From the NCBI GenBank assembly GCA_964498795.1, contig CAZCJB010000003.1, positions 1,906 through 55,021 on the forward strand: a DNA stretch of 53,116 nucleotides, in the 5' to 3' direction. Shown piece by piece: positions 20,139-29,563 of the stretch (within the stretch, counting starts at the first letter, position 1; every line of letters begins with the position of its first letter). The notes below the pieces were generated by a model that saw only the letters and a program-made list of their open reading frames with translations, had not been told where the DNA came from and did no database searches. The translations under genes were made by a program, and so were the position numbers. The DNA comes from an uncultured Rubrivivax sp. GTDB lineage: Bacteria; Pseudomonadota; Gammaproteobacteria; Burkholderiales; Burkholderiaceae_C.

Positions 20139-20570
20139 ATGAGCATGAGCGAGTTGCGTTTGTTCGATCCCTTCACGCTGGATCCCTTTGAAGACACGTT
20201 TCGTAGCCTGATGCGCCCCTGGCGCATGGAGGCGAATGAGCCCACCCCAAAAATTCGACTCGACCTGAGCGAAATGAACGGCACGTATTGGGTCAGGGCC
20301 GAAATTCCTGGCGTGCGCAAGGAGGACATTGATGTGCGCATTGAGGGCAATATGGTCACGATCAGCACTGAGGTGAAACGGGAAAAAGAGGAAAAGGATG
20401 ATGGACGCGTCTTGCGCAGCGAACGTCACTACGGATTTGCCAGCCGTGCCTTCACGCTCGGCAGCCCCGTGGACGAATCGCGGGCCGACGCCAAGTATGA
20501 GAACGGCATCCTGGAGCTGAAGCTGCCCAAAAAGGCCTCCGCCTCCACAAGCAAGTTGGCCATCCACTAA
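20139..20570 (+). CDS. Hsp20/alpha-crystallin small heat-shock protein
   Basis: AEIPGV.KEDI, ER.YG...R.FTL and A.YENGIL.L.LPK motifs; AGGAG RBS. Confidence 0.95.
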   Translation: MSMSELRLFDPFTLDPFEDTFRSLMRPWRMEANEPTPKIRLDLSEMNGTYWVRAEIPGVRKEDIDVRIEGNMVTISTEVKREKEEKDDGRVLRSERHYGFASRAFTLGSPVDESRADAKYENGILELKLPKKASASTSKLAIH

Positions 20571-20660
20571 TCCCGTGGCCGCCGGGACCGGTGGCATCGC
20601 GGTGGCGCTCTTGGAGGGCGCCCCGCACACTGTCAGTGGGCTCGGGGGCCGGAGCGTGTC

Positions 20661-21044
20661 ATGAAGCTTCCCCTGCAAGTTCAATTTCAAGGCCTGAAAC
20701 CCTCTCCCGCACTGGAGCAAGCGGCTCGACATCGAGCCCGACGCCTAGATCGCTACTTCGGGCGCATCATGTCCTGTCGGGTCGACGTGGAGCTTTTGCA
20801 AAAGCACCAGCACCAAGGGCGCCCGTTTGGTGTGCGCTTGCATCTCACCGTGCCAGGTCATCAATTCACGGTCGACCGTGTGCAACATGAAGACCCTTAT
20901 GTAGCACTTCGTGATGCCTTTGAAGACATGAAGCGGCACCTGGAAGAGTCCGTGGGCCGCGTCAAAGCCTCACGGCGGACCGCACTTTCGCCTGATTCTG
21001 CGGAGACCTCGCCCGAGGCCACTTCTTCGTTGCCCAACAAATAG
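20661..21044 (+). CDS. HPF/RaiA family ribosome-associated protein
   Basis: QVQF.GL.PSPALE..., CRV.VE, L.VPG and DPYVALRDAF pattern. Confidence 0.85.
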   Translation: MKLPLQVQFQGLKPSPALEQAARHRARRLDRYFGRIMSCRVDVELLQKHQHQGRPFGVRLHLTVPGHQFTVDRVQHEDPYVALRDAFEDMKRHLEESVGRVKASRRTALSPDSAETSPEATSSLPNK

Positions 21045-21091
21045 AGGCGCGACACTCCTAAAAAGCGGTCTCGCACTGAGAATTTCAAAGA

Positions 21092-21105
21092 TTGATCTGC
21101 GTTCA
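21092..21105 (+). promoter_or_regulatory. FNR/FixK-like box (TTGAT-N4-GTTCA)
   Basis: Perfect left half-site about 110 bp upstream of the 21218 gene. Confidence 0.4.
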
Positions 21106-21217
21106 TCAGGTCCATCAAAGCCTACCCATTCAACGGCCTGCAAGCCTAAAGACGGACCCATCAGATCGATTGAGCGGGCGCAATTCAAACCTCTGCGGGC
21201 CTTCTATCGTGGAAGGC

Positions 21218-21964
21218 ATGGATGATTCAACGAGAGACTGGGCCGCACGGCTCCCCTTCGAAGTGGTGTTGGGCCCGTATCGGCTGAGCGCAGAGCTGCG
21301 AGAGCGCGCGCACATGCTAGACGGCCGACGTCGAACCTGCCTGAACCTGGAAGGCAACCGCATCGAATTGCGGCATGACCTCAGTGGTTTGCGCCTGGCC
21401 TCGGCGTTCTTAGAGAGCCTTTTGCGGCTCTGCCACTTCAGCAAAGGTTGCCAACAAGGCTGTGTGGAAGAGGCCTACGCCCACAGCTTGGCCACGGGTC
21501 TGGTCGAGTTTGCACAACGCAACCCTCGCGCATGGCTTTGGTTCAACCTGTTGATCAGCCGACACCTTCCAAGGCAGGTTGGGCATGATCGGGTAGCACG
21601 AGGCGCCCTGTCGAACCCACCTCGCATGCCGCGACGATTGCGCGTCGGTCAACAAACCGTTCAAGTGCGGGTTATCAGCAAGGCTCACAGTGGAAATGCC
21701 TTCGGCTGGTACGACCTCACCCGAAGAGAGGTGCAGCTCTGCGAGGGACTGATGGGCACACACCTGCCCATCGTGGCTTTGCACGAAATCACGCATGCCA
21801 TCCACCATGCGTGGTCTTTGGATGACCACGATCCGCACGACCACTTTCTGCATGCACAACAGGCAGGATGGATGGATCTGATCCGGACCAACCCGGCGGC
21901 CTGGAGATGGTTGGTGTGGACGATGAGTGGCACCCCTCAAGCCTTGGCCCTGCGTTGCGGATGA
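21218..21964 (+). CDS. Hypothetical protein with two tandem zincin-like repeats (HExxH in repeat 2)
   Basis: Internal duplication (..RNPRAWLWF vs ..TNPAAWRWL); ALHEITHAIHH; the stop overlaps the next start (ATGA). Confidence 0.7.
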   Translation: MDDSTRDWAARLPFEVVLGPYRLSAELRERAHMLDGRRRTCLNLEGNRIELRHDLSGLRLASAFLESLLRLCHFSKGCQQGCVEEAYAHSLATGLVEFAQRNPRAWLWFNLLISRHLPRQVGHDRVARGALSNPPRMPRRLRVGQQTVQVRVISKAHSGNAFGWYDLTRREVQLCEGLMGTHLPIVALHEITHAIHHAWSLDDHDPHDHFLHAQQAGWMDLIRTNPAAWRWLVWTMSGTPQALALRCG

Positions 21965-24438
21965 TCGATACCAATCCCCCCTCTGAGCCCGTCAAGCACT
22001 TATTTGTGGCGTGCCCGACAAGCGCCTTCTCTTTCACAAGCACCGACCATCTCAATGGACCCGTCATCGGTTTCGGTCAGCAGCGTGCCCAAGAGGCCTT
22101 GACCACGGCCTTAGACGTCCTAGGCGTGGGCTACAACGTCTTCGTGTTGGGCCCCGCAGGCAGTGGGCGCCAAACCCTGGTGGCCAGCAGTCTGCACGTC
22201 CACGCGCTCACTCAGTCTGCTCCTACCGACTGGTGTTACATCAACAATTTCAGCGACGCCCAACGTCCGCGGGTATTGAGTCTGCCCATCGGCGAGGGCA
22301 GCCGCCTTCGAACGGCCATGCAAGGCTTTGTGTCCGAACTGGGCAAGAGCATTCGCGCGGCATTGGAAGGTGATGAATACCGACTTCGGGTCGAAGCGAT
22401 CCAGAAAGAGGAAAAGTCAGAAGAGAACCGCAGGCTCCATGAGTTGGGTGAACAAGCCTCTGCGCAAGGGATTGCCTTGCTGCGGTCTCCGCAGGGCTTT
22501 GCATTTGCCCCCATGAAGGAGGGCGAACCTCTGGGCAGCGAACAGTTCGACAGCTTGCCCCCGCAAGACAAGGAAAAATTGCACCAAATGATTGCGGGAC
22601 TCAGCGAAAAGCTGGCTCAGCTGCTGCACGAGCTGCCGCGCTTGCGTCGCACCATGCAGGCCCGAATTGGGGAAGCCACCAGAGATACCATGCGCTTGGC
22701 TGCTGGCCACCTGATCGACGAGCTGAAATCAGACTTCTCTCAGCATCCCGAAGTCGTTCGTTTTCTGGATGAAGTGCTCAACGATGTGGTGGAGTCTGGT
22801 GCACAGGCCCAGGAAGGCCCTCGATCCGAGGAAGACGAAGGCGAGGTCCTGACCGGCACGGTGAGCTTGCAGCGGTATCAAGTCAATCTGCTGGTGGGGC
22901 ATGACCACAACGGCCACGCGCCAGTCCTGCGCTGCGACAACCCCACCTTTGCCAATCTGGTCGGGCGGATCGACCAGATTGCGCACATGGGCACACTTTT
23001 GAGCAGCTTCACCCTCATCAAACCTGGAGCGCTCCACCGGGCCAACGGCGGCTACTTGATGATGGACGCCATCAAAGTTCTGTCGGAACCAGGCGCGTGG
23101 CCTGCCTTGAAACGTGCCCTGAAAGCCGGAGAGATTCGCATTGAATCCTTGGCCCAAACCCTGGGATGGGCCAATACGCTGCAGCTCGAGCCCGAGCCTG
23201 TGCCATTGAAAGTCAAGATCGTTCTCTTTGGGGAGAGGATGCACTACTACCTGTTGCAAGCCTTGGACCCGGAATTTGACGAGCTCTTTAAGGTCGCCGC
23301 CGATATAGAGGACGACGTACCCAGAACCGATGAAACCACCGGGCAATTGGTGCAACTGCTGGCAGGTCTCATCAAAGAGCAAGGGCTCAAGCCTCTGGAC
23401 CCATCCGGTGCGGCTTGCATGGTGGAATACGCATCTCGACTGGCAGAGGATGCGAGGCGGCTGTCCACTCAGATCCGTCCGCTGGGCAACTTGCTCCACG
23501 AAGCCCACGCCATCGCCCAGCGCAAGTCTCAGAACACCATCGACCGAGATGCTGTGAGTCAAGCCCTGGCCGCGCAGGTGCGCCGCCTCGACCGTTTGCG
23601 TGATGTGATCCATCAGGCCTTCCGCGAAAAGAGCTTGCTGATCGACACTGACGGCGCACATATCGGTCAGGTCAATGGGCTTGCGGTCACAGAAAGCGGA
23701 GACTTTCGGTTTGCCTACCCCGTGCGCGTGACGGCGACCACGCGGTTGGGCGATGGAGACCTGGTGGACATCGAGAGGGAGTCGACCCTGGGAGGCCCTA
23801 TCCACTCCAAAGGCATGTTGATCTTGGCAGGCTTTCTGGGCGCCCGCTATGCGCAAGACCTGCCTCTTTCTTTGTCAGCCAGCGTGGTCTTCGAACAATC
23901 TTACGGTCCCATTGAAGGGGACAGCGCCTCCTTGGCGGAGGCCTGTGCGCTGCTCTCGGCACTGTCCATGCTGCCCGTGCGGCAAGATGTGGCGGTCACT
24001 GGGTCACTGAATCAATTTGGCAACGTCCAAGCGGTGGGCGGCATTCATGAAAAGATTGAGGGGTTTTTCGACCTTTGCCAGGCCCGGGGATTGAGCATGC
24101 GCCAAGGCGTGATCATCCCCAAAGCCAATCTTTCGCAATTGATGCTGCATGAACGCGTGCTGAACGCCTGCGCAAAGCAGCAATTTCATATTTGGGCCGT
24201 TGAAGAAATCGATCAGGCCTTGGAGATTTTGACGGGGGTCCCGGCGGGCGTGCCCAATGCCAAAGGTGAGGTACCCGCGGGTACGGTGAACTTCTTGGTA
24301 GCGACCCGGCTGGCCCAGTTATCTCTCTTTCGGCAAGCTTGGAACGCGGGTCCGCTCAAGCCAGCCCGCAGGCATGAGGCCAAGCGAGGGGCTCACCGCT
24401 CCACTCGAGCGCATTCTCGGCCGCGCTCACCACCTTGA
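21961..24438 (+). CDS. Lon-like S16 protease, LonC/AAA_32 type
   Basis: GQQRA, GPAGSGRQT, GALHRANGGYL, GQVNGL, HSKG, EGDSAS (catalytic Ser) and EKIEGF (catalytic Lys) motifs. Confidence 0.92.
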   Translation: MIDTNPPSEPVKHLFVACPTSAFSFTSTDHLNGPVIGFGQQRAQEALTTALDVLGVGYNVFVLGPAGSGRQTLVASSLHVHALTQSAPTDWCYINNFSDAQRPRVLSLPIGEGSRLRTAMQGFVSELGKSIRAALEGDEYRLRVEAIQKEEKSEENRRLHELGEQASAQGIALLRSPQGFAFAPMKEGEPLGSEQFDSLPPQDKEKLHQMIAGLSEKLAQLLHELPRLRRTMQARIGEATRDTMRLAAGHLIDELKSDFSQHPEVVRFLDEVLNDVVESGAQAQEGPRSEEDEGEVLTGTVSLQRYQVNLLVGHDHNGHAPVLRCDNPTFANLVGRIDQIAHMGTLLSSFTLIKPGALHRANGGYLMMDAIKVLSEPGAWPALKRALKAGEIRIESLAQTLGWANTLQLEPEPVPLKVKIVLFGERMHYYLLQALDPEFDELFKVAADIEDDVPRTDETTGQLVQLLAGLIKEQGLKPLDPSGAACMVEYASRLAEDARRLSTQIRPLGNLLHEAHAIAQRKSQNTIDRDAVSQALAAQVRRLDRLRDVIHQAFREKSLLIDTDGAHIGQVNGLAVTESGDFRFAYPVRVTATTRLGDGDLVDIERESTLGGPIHSKGMLILAGFLGARYAQDLPLSLSASVVFEQSYGPIEGDSASLAEACALLSALSMLPVRQDVAVTGSLNQFGNVQAVGGIHEKIEGFFDLCQARGLSMRQGVIIPKANLSQLMLHERVLNACAKQQFHIWAVEEIDQALEILTGVPAGVPNAKGEVPAGTVNFLVATRLAQLSLFRQAWNAGPLKPARRHEAKRGAHRSTRAHSRPRSPP

Positions 24439-24483
24439 ATCCTTGCGCAGGCTCTCGATGCCGGTGACTCATCGAGAGAGCGC

Positions 24484-24497
24484 TTGATCAGCCTCAC
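24484..24497 (+). promoter_or_regulatory. FNR/FixK-like box (TTGAT-N4-CTCAC)
   Basis: 8/10 match upstream of the CBS-BON genes. Confidence 0.45.
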
Positions 24498-24574
24498 TGG
24501 CGAACGCCACAGGCGCCTCAAAGTCATGGTGATCTCTTACCCGATCAATACCCGACCAACCCCCAGGAGGCCCT

Positions 24575-25123
24575 ATGAAGTCCAAAGAATCTTCGTCCGT
24601 CCAGTCCTCTTCCACGCACAAAGCCCTGGCGCCCTCTCGCAGTCCATCGGTGAAGGCCTCCGGCAACCACCATGGGGATGCCGCCGACCTGTGCGTACGT
24701 GATGTCGCCTATGTTCACAAGAGCACCGCGCTGAATGAGGCCGCGCGCCAAATGCGGGAATTTCATGTGGGCAGCTTGGTGGTGGTGGAAGACAATGGCA
24801 AAGACCGCGTGGTGGTGGGCATGCTCACTGACCGTGACATCGTCACCGCCGTGGTCGCACGCGATCTGAATGCATCCACGTTGCGCGTGGAGGATGTGAT
24901 GAGCTCTGACGTCGCTTGTGCCCGAGAGCACGACGCCTTGGACGAGGTGCTCATGTCCATGAAGCGTCGTGGCGTGCGCCGTATCCCGGTCACGGGGTCT
25001 CGCGGAGAGTTGATCGGCCTTCTGGCGGCGGACGACCTGCTCGGTCGCGTCAGTGATGAGTTGCGCACCTTGGTGCAGGCCCTGGCGGCGCAACCACGCA
25101 TGGAAGCCCATGCCCGGCCTTGA
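24575..25123 (+). CDS. CBS-domain pair protein
   Basis: EAARQMREFHVGSLVVV, GMLTDRDIV and GVRRIPV motifs; AGGAGG RBS. Confidence 0.92.
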   Translation: MKSKESSSVQSSSTHKALAPSRSPSVKASGNHHGDAADLCVRDVAYVHKSTALNEAARQMREFHVGSLVVVEDNGKDRVVVGMLTDRDIVTAVVARDLNASTLRVEDVMSSDVACAREHDALDEVLMSMKRRGVRRIPVTGSRGELIGLLAADDLLGRVSDELRTLVQALAAQPRMEAHARP

Positions 25124-25156
25124 GAGTTTTCATCCAATCATCCACGGAGATTTGCC

Positions 25157-25822
25157 ATGAAGACCGACGCTGAAATCAAGAAAGATGTGGTGAGCGAACT
25201 TGAATGGGATCCCGCCGTCGACGCCACGCAAGTGGGCGTGCTGGTGAAGGATCAAGTGGTCACGCTCACGGGTCACTTGGACAATTTCGCCCAGAAATAT
25301 GCCATCGAGCGAGCGGTGCAACGGGTGTCTGGGGTGCGCGCCATCGCCGTGGAGCTCGACGTCAGGCTCGACCCATTGCACGTCCGTAGCGATGCCGATA
25401 TTGCACTGGCCGCCGAGCAAGCCCTCACCTGGCATGCCCTGGTGCCGCATGAGCGTGTCCGAGTCCAAGTGGAAAAGGGTTGGATCACCTTGAGCGGAGA
25501 GGTGGACTGGCACTATCAGAGAGAGGGTGCCACCCAGGCGGTGCGCGAGCTCACAGGGGTGACTGGCGTCACCAATGTCATTGCGTTGCGGCCCCAGGCC
25601 ACACCCACACACATCAGTGATCGCATCCGAGCTGCGCTGACACGACAGGTGGAACGTGAGGCTCGCCGTATCGAGGTGACCGTCGAGGGCTCGACCGCCA
25701 CTTTACGCGGCGGCGTGCATTCGTGGGCCGAGCGCACCGCCGCGGAGGGTGCCACCTGGTCGGCACCTGGTATTCGGCGGGTGGTCAACGAGCTGCAGGT
25801 GGGCTCGGCGGCCACGTCTTGA
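25157..25822 (+). CDS. Triple BON-domain (OsmY-like) protein
   Basis: Three repeats of D..I...V...L...V.V..G.VTL.G; no signal peptide visible. Confidence 0.92.
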   Translation: MKTDAEIKKDVVSELEWDPAVDATQVGVLVKDQVVTLTGHLDNFAQKYAIERAVQRVSGVRAIAVELDVRLDPLHVRSDADIALAAEQALTWHALVPHERVRVQVEKGWITLSGEVDWHYQREGATQAVRELTGVTGVTNVIALRPQATPTHISDRIRAALTRQVEREARRIEVTVEGSTATLRGGVHSWAERTAAEGATWSAPGIRRVVNELQVGSAATS

Positions 25823-26675
25823 CAGTTGGCTCTGACTTGCGAATCGGCAGATCGTCCAAGCCTGCGTCCTCAGCCACCCCTCTGGTGCTGCGGGCGCATA
25901 CCTTCAAGCCATCGATATCCAGAATGTCGACGGCGCGGTTGTCCACTTTCAGGTAGCCCGCGTCGGCCAAAGCGCCAAATGAGCGGCTGGCAGTGGCATG
26001 TGCCACGCCGAGATAGCTTGCAATGTCTCGGCGATTCATGCGCAATAGCAATCGTCGAGGCGATTGACCTCTCTCGGCCATGTGTTGCGACACCTGCACC
26101 AGAAAGCGCGCCAGTCGAACCTCTGCGGCCACAGCCGACATCACCTCGGCAATTTCGGCCGACCGGGCAAGCTGCCGGCTGATGGCTGTTTGCAAGGCAC
26201 GGTCAAATGCGGGTACCCGCTGCCGCAAGGTGTCCAGCGCTCTGACCGGTACCGCATACACCCGGCTGTCTTCGAGGGCCGTGGCTGCAGTCTGGTGTTG
26301 ACCCGAGGCCAGACCATCGAATCCCATCACCTCGCCCGGACCCATGAAGCCGAGCACCTGTTCATAGCCATCTTCTGCCACGCGCAGGCACTTGAAGGTG
26401 CCCACCTGCACAATGTGCAAGGACTCGGCGGGCGCGCCCTCGTGAAAGAGCGTCAATCCGCCTCGAAGTCTGCGCAGTGGAATCGCATAAGCCTCTCCCA
26501 AGGGCCGTTCGTCGGTGGAGACGCCCATCACCTGCAGCAAATCAGACAACTTGCCCTGTGCCGCCATGGGCCCAGGCGAGGATGATCGTGCAGGCCAAGC
26601 GGATCTCTCGGAGCGCTCCACGCGCTCGGGCCGATCATTGGGATTCTCAAGGGTGGGGTGTGTTGCTTGCATCAT
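25785..26675 (-). CDS. Crp/Fnr family transcriptional regulator (FixK-like, no N-terminal Cys cluster)
   Basis: LFHEG, GEVMGFDG, ALEDS, AEVRLARFL and HTH RRDIASYLGVAHATASR; start uncertain. Confidence 0.88.
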   Translation of the reverse strand: MMQATHPTLENPNDRPERVERSERSAWPARSSSPGPMAAQGKLSDLLQVMGVSTDERPLGEAYAIPLRRLRGGLTLFHEGAPAESLHIVQVGTFKCLRVAEDGYEQVLGFMGPGEVMGFDGLASGQHQTAATALEDSRVYAVPVRALDTLRQRVPAFDRALQTAISRQLARSAEIAEVMSAVAAEVRLARFLVQVSQHMAERGQSPRRLLLRMNRRDIASYLGVAHATASRSFGALADAGYLKVDNRAVDILDIDGLKVCARSTRGVAEDAGLDDLPIRKSEPTVKTWPPSPPAAR

Positions 26676-26845
26676 GGGATCAAGCTTCGCGTCAATGGAG
26701 CTCAATGGCAATCGGTGAGCTCTGAAAAGATTTTTGGAATTTGCCCCTACATGATTCAGTGCTTTCATTTCATTTTCAGAATTTTCTGATGGAAAACTCT
26801 GGTCGCTTGGCGCATGATCCAAGGCGCTTATGAGGATATAACGTC

Positions 26846-27571
26846 ATGCATTCTTCGCCGTGCGAATCGACCTCAGACTCGCTACGAATTCTGATCGCAG
26901 ATGACCACGCCATCGTTCGCAAAGGACTGCTCTTTGTGCTCAGCGGTTCTGGCAAGGGGTGGACGATCAATGAGGCCAGCGACGGTTTCACCGCCTTAGA
27001 TTTTTTGCGGCGCTTCCCGGTGGATCTGGTGATTGCCGACCTGTCCATGCCGGGCCTGAGCGGCTTGGACCTGATCAAGCGCATTCGCGATGAATTTGAT
27101 CCCGTGAAGGTGTTGGTGCTCAGCATGCACGCCGAAGATCAATATGCCTTGCGTGCCTTCAAAGCGGGGGCCAACGGCTATGTCACCAAGGACCGAGCAG
27201 CCTCAGAGCTTTTGGTGGCCATCGAAAAAGTGGTGGCAGGTGGCGCGTATGTAACACCTGCGTTGGCCGAACGTGTAATCATGCAGATGAATGGCATGGT
27301 CGACAGGCCACCCCACGCCCAGCTCTCAGACCGTGAGATCGAAGTGCTGCGGCGTCTCGTGGCCGGCCAACGGTTGACGGACATTGCTGAGGATCTGCAC
27401 CTCTCGGTGAAGACCGTGAGCACGCACAAGAGTCGCATCCAGGATAAGCTCCAACTGCCTAGCACCGCAGCCCTGGTGCGCTATGGCATGGAAATGGGCA
27501 TCCAACCTCCCAGGCTGACGCTCGACCTCGACAATGAGAGTGGGGTACCTAGCCCGCAGCTCCCGAGTTGA
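26846..27571 (+). CDS. NarL/FixJ-family response regulator (REC + LuxR HTH)
   Basis: IADDHAIVR, DLSMPG and GYVTK motifs; LSDREIEV..IAEDLHLSVKTVSTH. Confidence 0.93.
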   Translation: MHSSPCESTSDSLRILIADDHAIVRKGLLFVLSGSGKGWTINEASDGFTALDFLRRFPVDLVIADLSMPGLSGLDLIKRIRDEFDPVKVLVLSMHAEDQYALRAFKAGANGYVTKDRAASELLVAIEKVVAGGAYVTPALAERVIMQMNGMVDRPPHAQLSDREIEVLRRLVAGQRLTDIAEDLHLSVKTVSTHKSRIQDKLQLPSTAALVRYGMEMGIQPPRLTLDLDNESGVPSPQLPS

Positions 27572-28811
27572 TGGTCTCAGCGTGATGCGCCAACATCGCT
27601 TGGGTGACCAAGGCAATGCCGCGGTCTGAGACGGTGAAGCGCGAACGGTCCTGTTCCGGGTGGACGCCCACCACGAAGTGATCGGGTAAGCGGCAATCTT
27701 TGTCGATGATCGCACGGCGCACGATGGACCCCTTGCCCACCACAGCACCGTGCAGAATCAGGGAGTCCTCCACCTGGCTCCCCTCCTCCGCCCGGGAGTT
27801 GGAAAAGAGCACCGAGCGCCAGACGCTGGCGCCACTGACAATGCAACCACTGGCCACCAATGAGTCGATGGCAGTACCCCGCCGTCCCTCGCCATCAAGC
27901 ACAAACTTGGCCGGTGCCAGGGGCGAGCCCAAGCTGCGAATTGGCCATCGGTCGTCGTACAGGTTGAGTTCGGGCAGAGGTTTGACGAGATCCATATTGG
28001 CTTCCCAATAGGCATCTAGCGTGCCCACATCACGCCAATAGGGTCGTCCATCCACCATGTTGACGCAACTGTGTGCAAACGGGTGTGCTCGAACGCGGCC
28101 TTGGGCCACCAGTCTGGGCAACACGTCATGGCCGAAGTCATGCTGTGAGCTCAGATCTTGCGCATCTCGCTGAAGCTCGTCGTACAGGGCATTGGCCTCA
28201 AACACATAAATACCCATACTCACCAAGGCGGTCGAGGCATCGGGGCTGTTGGGCATGGGGTGATCCGGCTTTTCTTGGAAAGAACGCACCCATCCATGCG
28301 CATCGATGTCCACCACACCGTAGGCGCGCGCCTGCGCAAGGGGAACCTCGATGCAGGCAATCGTCACCTCGTGGCCTCCATCGATGTGATCCGCCAACAT
28401 CCGGCTGTAATCCATTTTGTACACATGGTCCCCCGCCAACACCAACACCCGTTGAGGTCGGGCCTCACGCAACATGTCCAGGTTTTGCCACACCGCATTG
28501 GCCGTACCGCTGTACCAACTTTGATCCACCCGCTGCTGCGCTGGCACCACATCGATAAATTCTCCCAATCGCGCATCCAAGAATCCCCAACCTCGTGTGA
28601 TGTGGCGAATTAAGCTTTGCGACTTGTACTGGGTGAGCACACCAATTCGCCGAACGCTTGAGTTGATGCAATTGCTCAAGGTGAAGTCGATGATCTTCAT
28701 CTGGCCGCCAAAGGGCATCGCCGGTTTGGCACGCCAGTCCGTCAACTCCCGCAGGCGCGACCCTCGCCCACCCGCCAACACAACGGCATAGGTGGAATGA
28801 TCGACGCTCAA
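27549..28811 (-). CDS. glgC: Glucose-1-phosphate adenylyltransferase
   Basis: LAGGRGSRL, RAKPA, GTANAV, GDHVYKMDY, EKP, SMGIY, DFG.D and YWRDVGT motifs. Probable TTG start overlapping the upstream TGA. Confidence 0.93.
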   Translation of the reverse strand: MSVDHSTYAVVLAGGRGSRLRELTDWRAKPAMPFGGQMKIIDFTLSNCINSSVRRIGVLTQYKSQSLIRHITRGWGFLDARLGEFIDVVPAQQRVDQSWYSGTANAVWQNLDMLREARPQRVLVLAGDHVYKMDYSRMLADHIDGGHEVTIACIEVPLAQARAYGVVDIDAHGWVRSFQEKPDHPMPNSPDASTALVSMGIYVFEANALYDELQRDAQDLSSQHDFGHDVLPRLVAQGRVRAHPFAHSCVNMVDGRPYWRDVGTLDAYWEANMDLVKPLPELNLYDDRWPIRSLGSPLAPAKFVLDGEGRRGTAIDSLVASGCIVSGASVWRSVLFSNSRAEEGSQVEDSLILHGAVVGKGSIVRRAIIDKDCRLPDHFVVGVHPEQDRSRFTVSDRGIALVTQAMLAHHAETINSGAAG

Positions 28812-29491
28812 GTCAAAGCCTCCGAGCACGCAAATGTGGTCTTCAGCGCCGCACACACCTCTTCGTCTTCCACTTGCGGAAAGTGCACATAGTGCAAGCC
28901 CACCGCCTCAAACAGCTCCGGGGTTCGCAGGCAAACCACGCCATCGACCAGCGTTCGCAACCCTTCAATCGCCGTGGGCGGTGCCACCGGTACCGCCACC
29001 ACCACCTGCGCAGGTTGGCGTTTTCGAACGGCGTGGATGGCGGCCCGCATGGTCGTGCCTGTGGCCAACCCGTCATCAACCACCACCGCCGTTTTGCCCG
29101 CCAACGAGCCAATAGGCCGCATCCCCAGGAAGAGCTGCCGCCTTCGACGGATCTCGTGCAGTTCGAGCTGCGCTCGAGAGCGAACCCAATTCGCATCCAC
29201 ACCACAAAGGGCCATGGTGCTCAAGTCCAATTCGGTCACAGGGGGATCGGCATCGGCAACCGCACCCACGGCCAGTTCCCTTTGGTGGGGAGCCCCCACC
29301 TTGCGCACTACCAGAGGCTCCCAGGGGCATTGCAAAGCCTTGGCGACCTCTACGCCCACCGGCACGCCACCTCTCGTCAGCGCCAACACCACCGCGGCGT
29401 GGGGCTCGAGATGGCGTCGCAGCAGCGCTTCGCGCACCGCTGTTCCCAGTGAACATCCAGCGGATTTTCGATCAGGAAATGGAAGCGGCAT
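28808..29491 (-). CDS. Phosphoribosyltransferase family protein (Rv0571c/Rv2030c-type)
   Basis: FPDRKSAG, LAL.RGGVPV, VRK.GAP..ELA.GA and VVDDGLATG motifs. Confidence 0.9.
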   Translation of the reverse strand: MPLPFPDRKSAGCSLGTAVREALLRRHLEPHAAVVLALTRGGVPVGVEVAKALQCPWEPLVVRKVGAPHQRELAVGAVADADPPVTELDLSTMALCGVDANWVRSRAQLELHEIRRRRQLFLGMRPIGSLAGKTAVVVDDGLATGTTMRAAIHAVRKRQPAQVVVAVPVAPPTAIEGLRTLVDGVVCLRTPELFEAVGLHYVHFPQVEDEEVCAALKTTFACSEALT

Positions 29492-29563
29492 GACGTCGAT
29501 CGTGCCGTCGCTCGCGCTCCCATCGCTTGAGGGTGAGCAATGACTGGTGGTGCAGGGGTCGCT

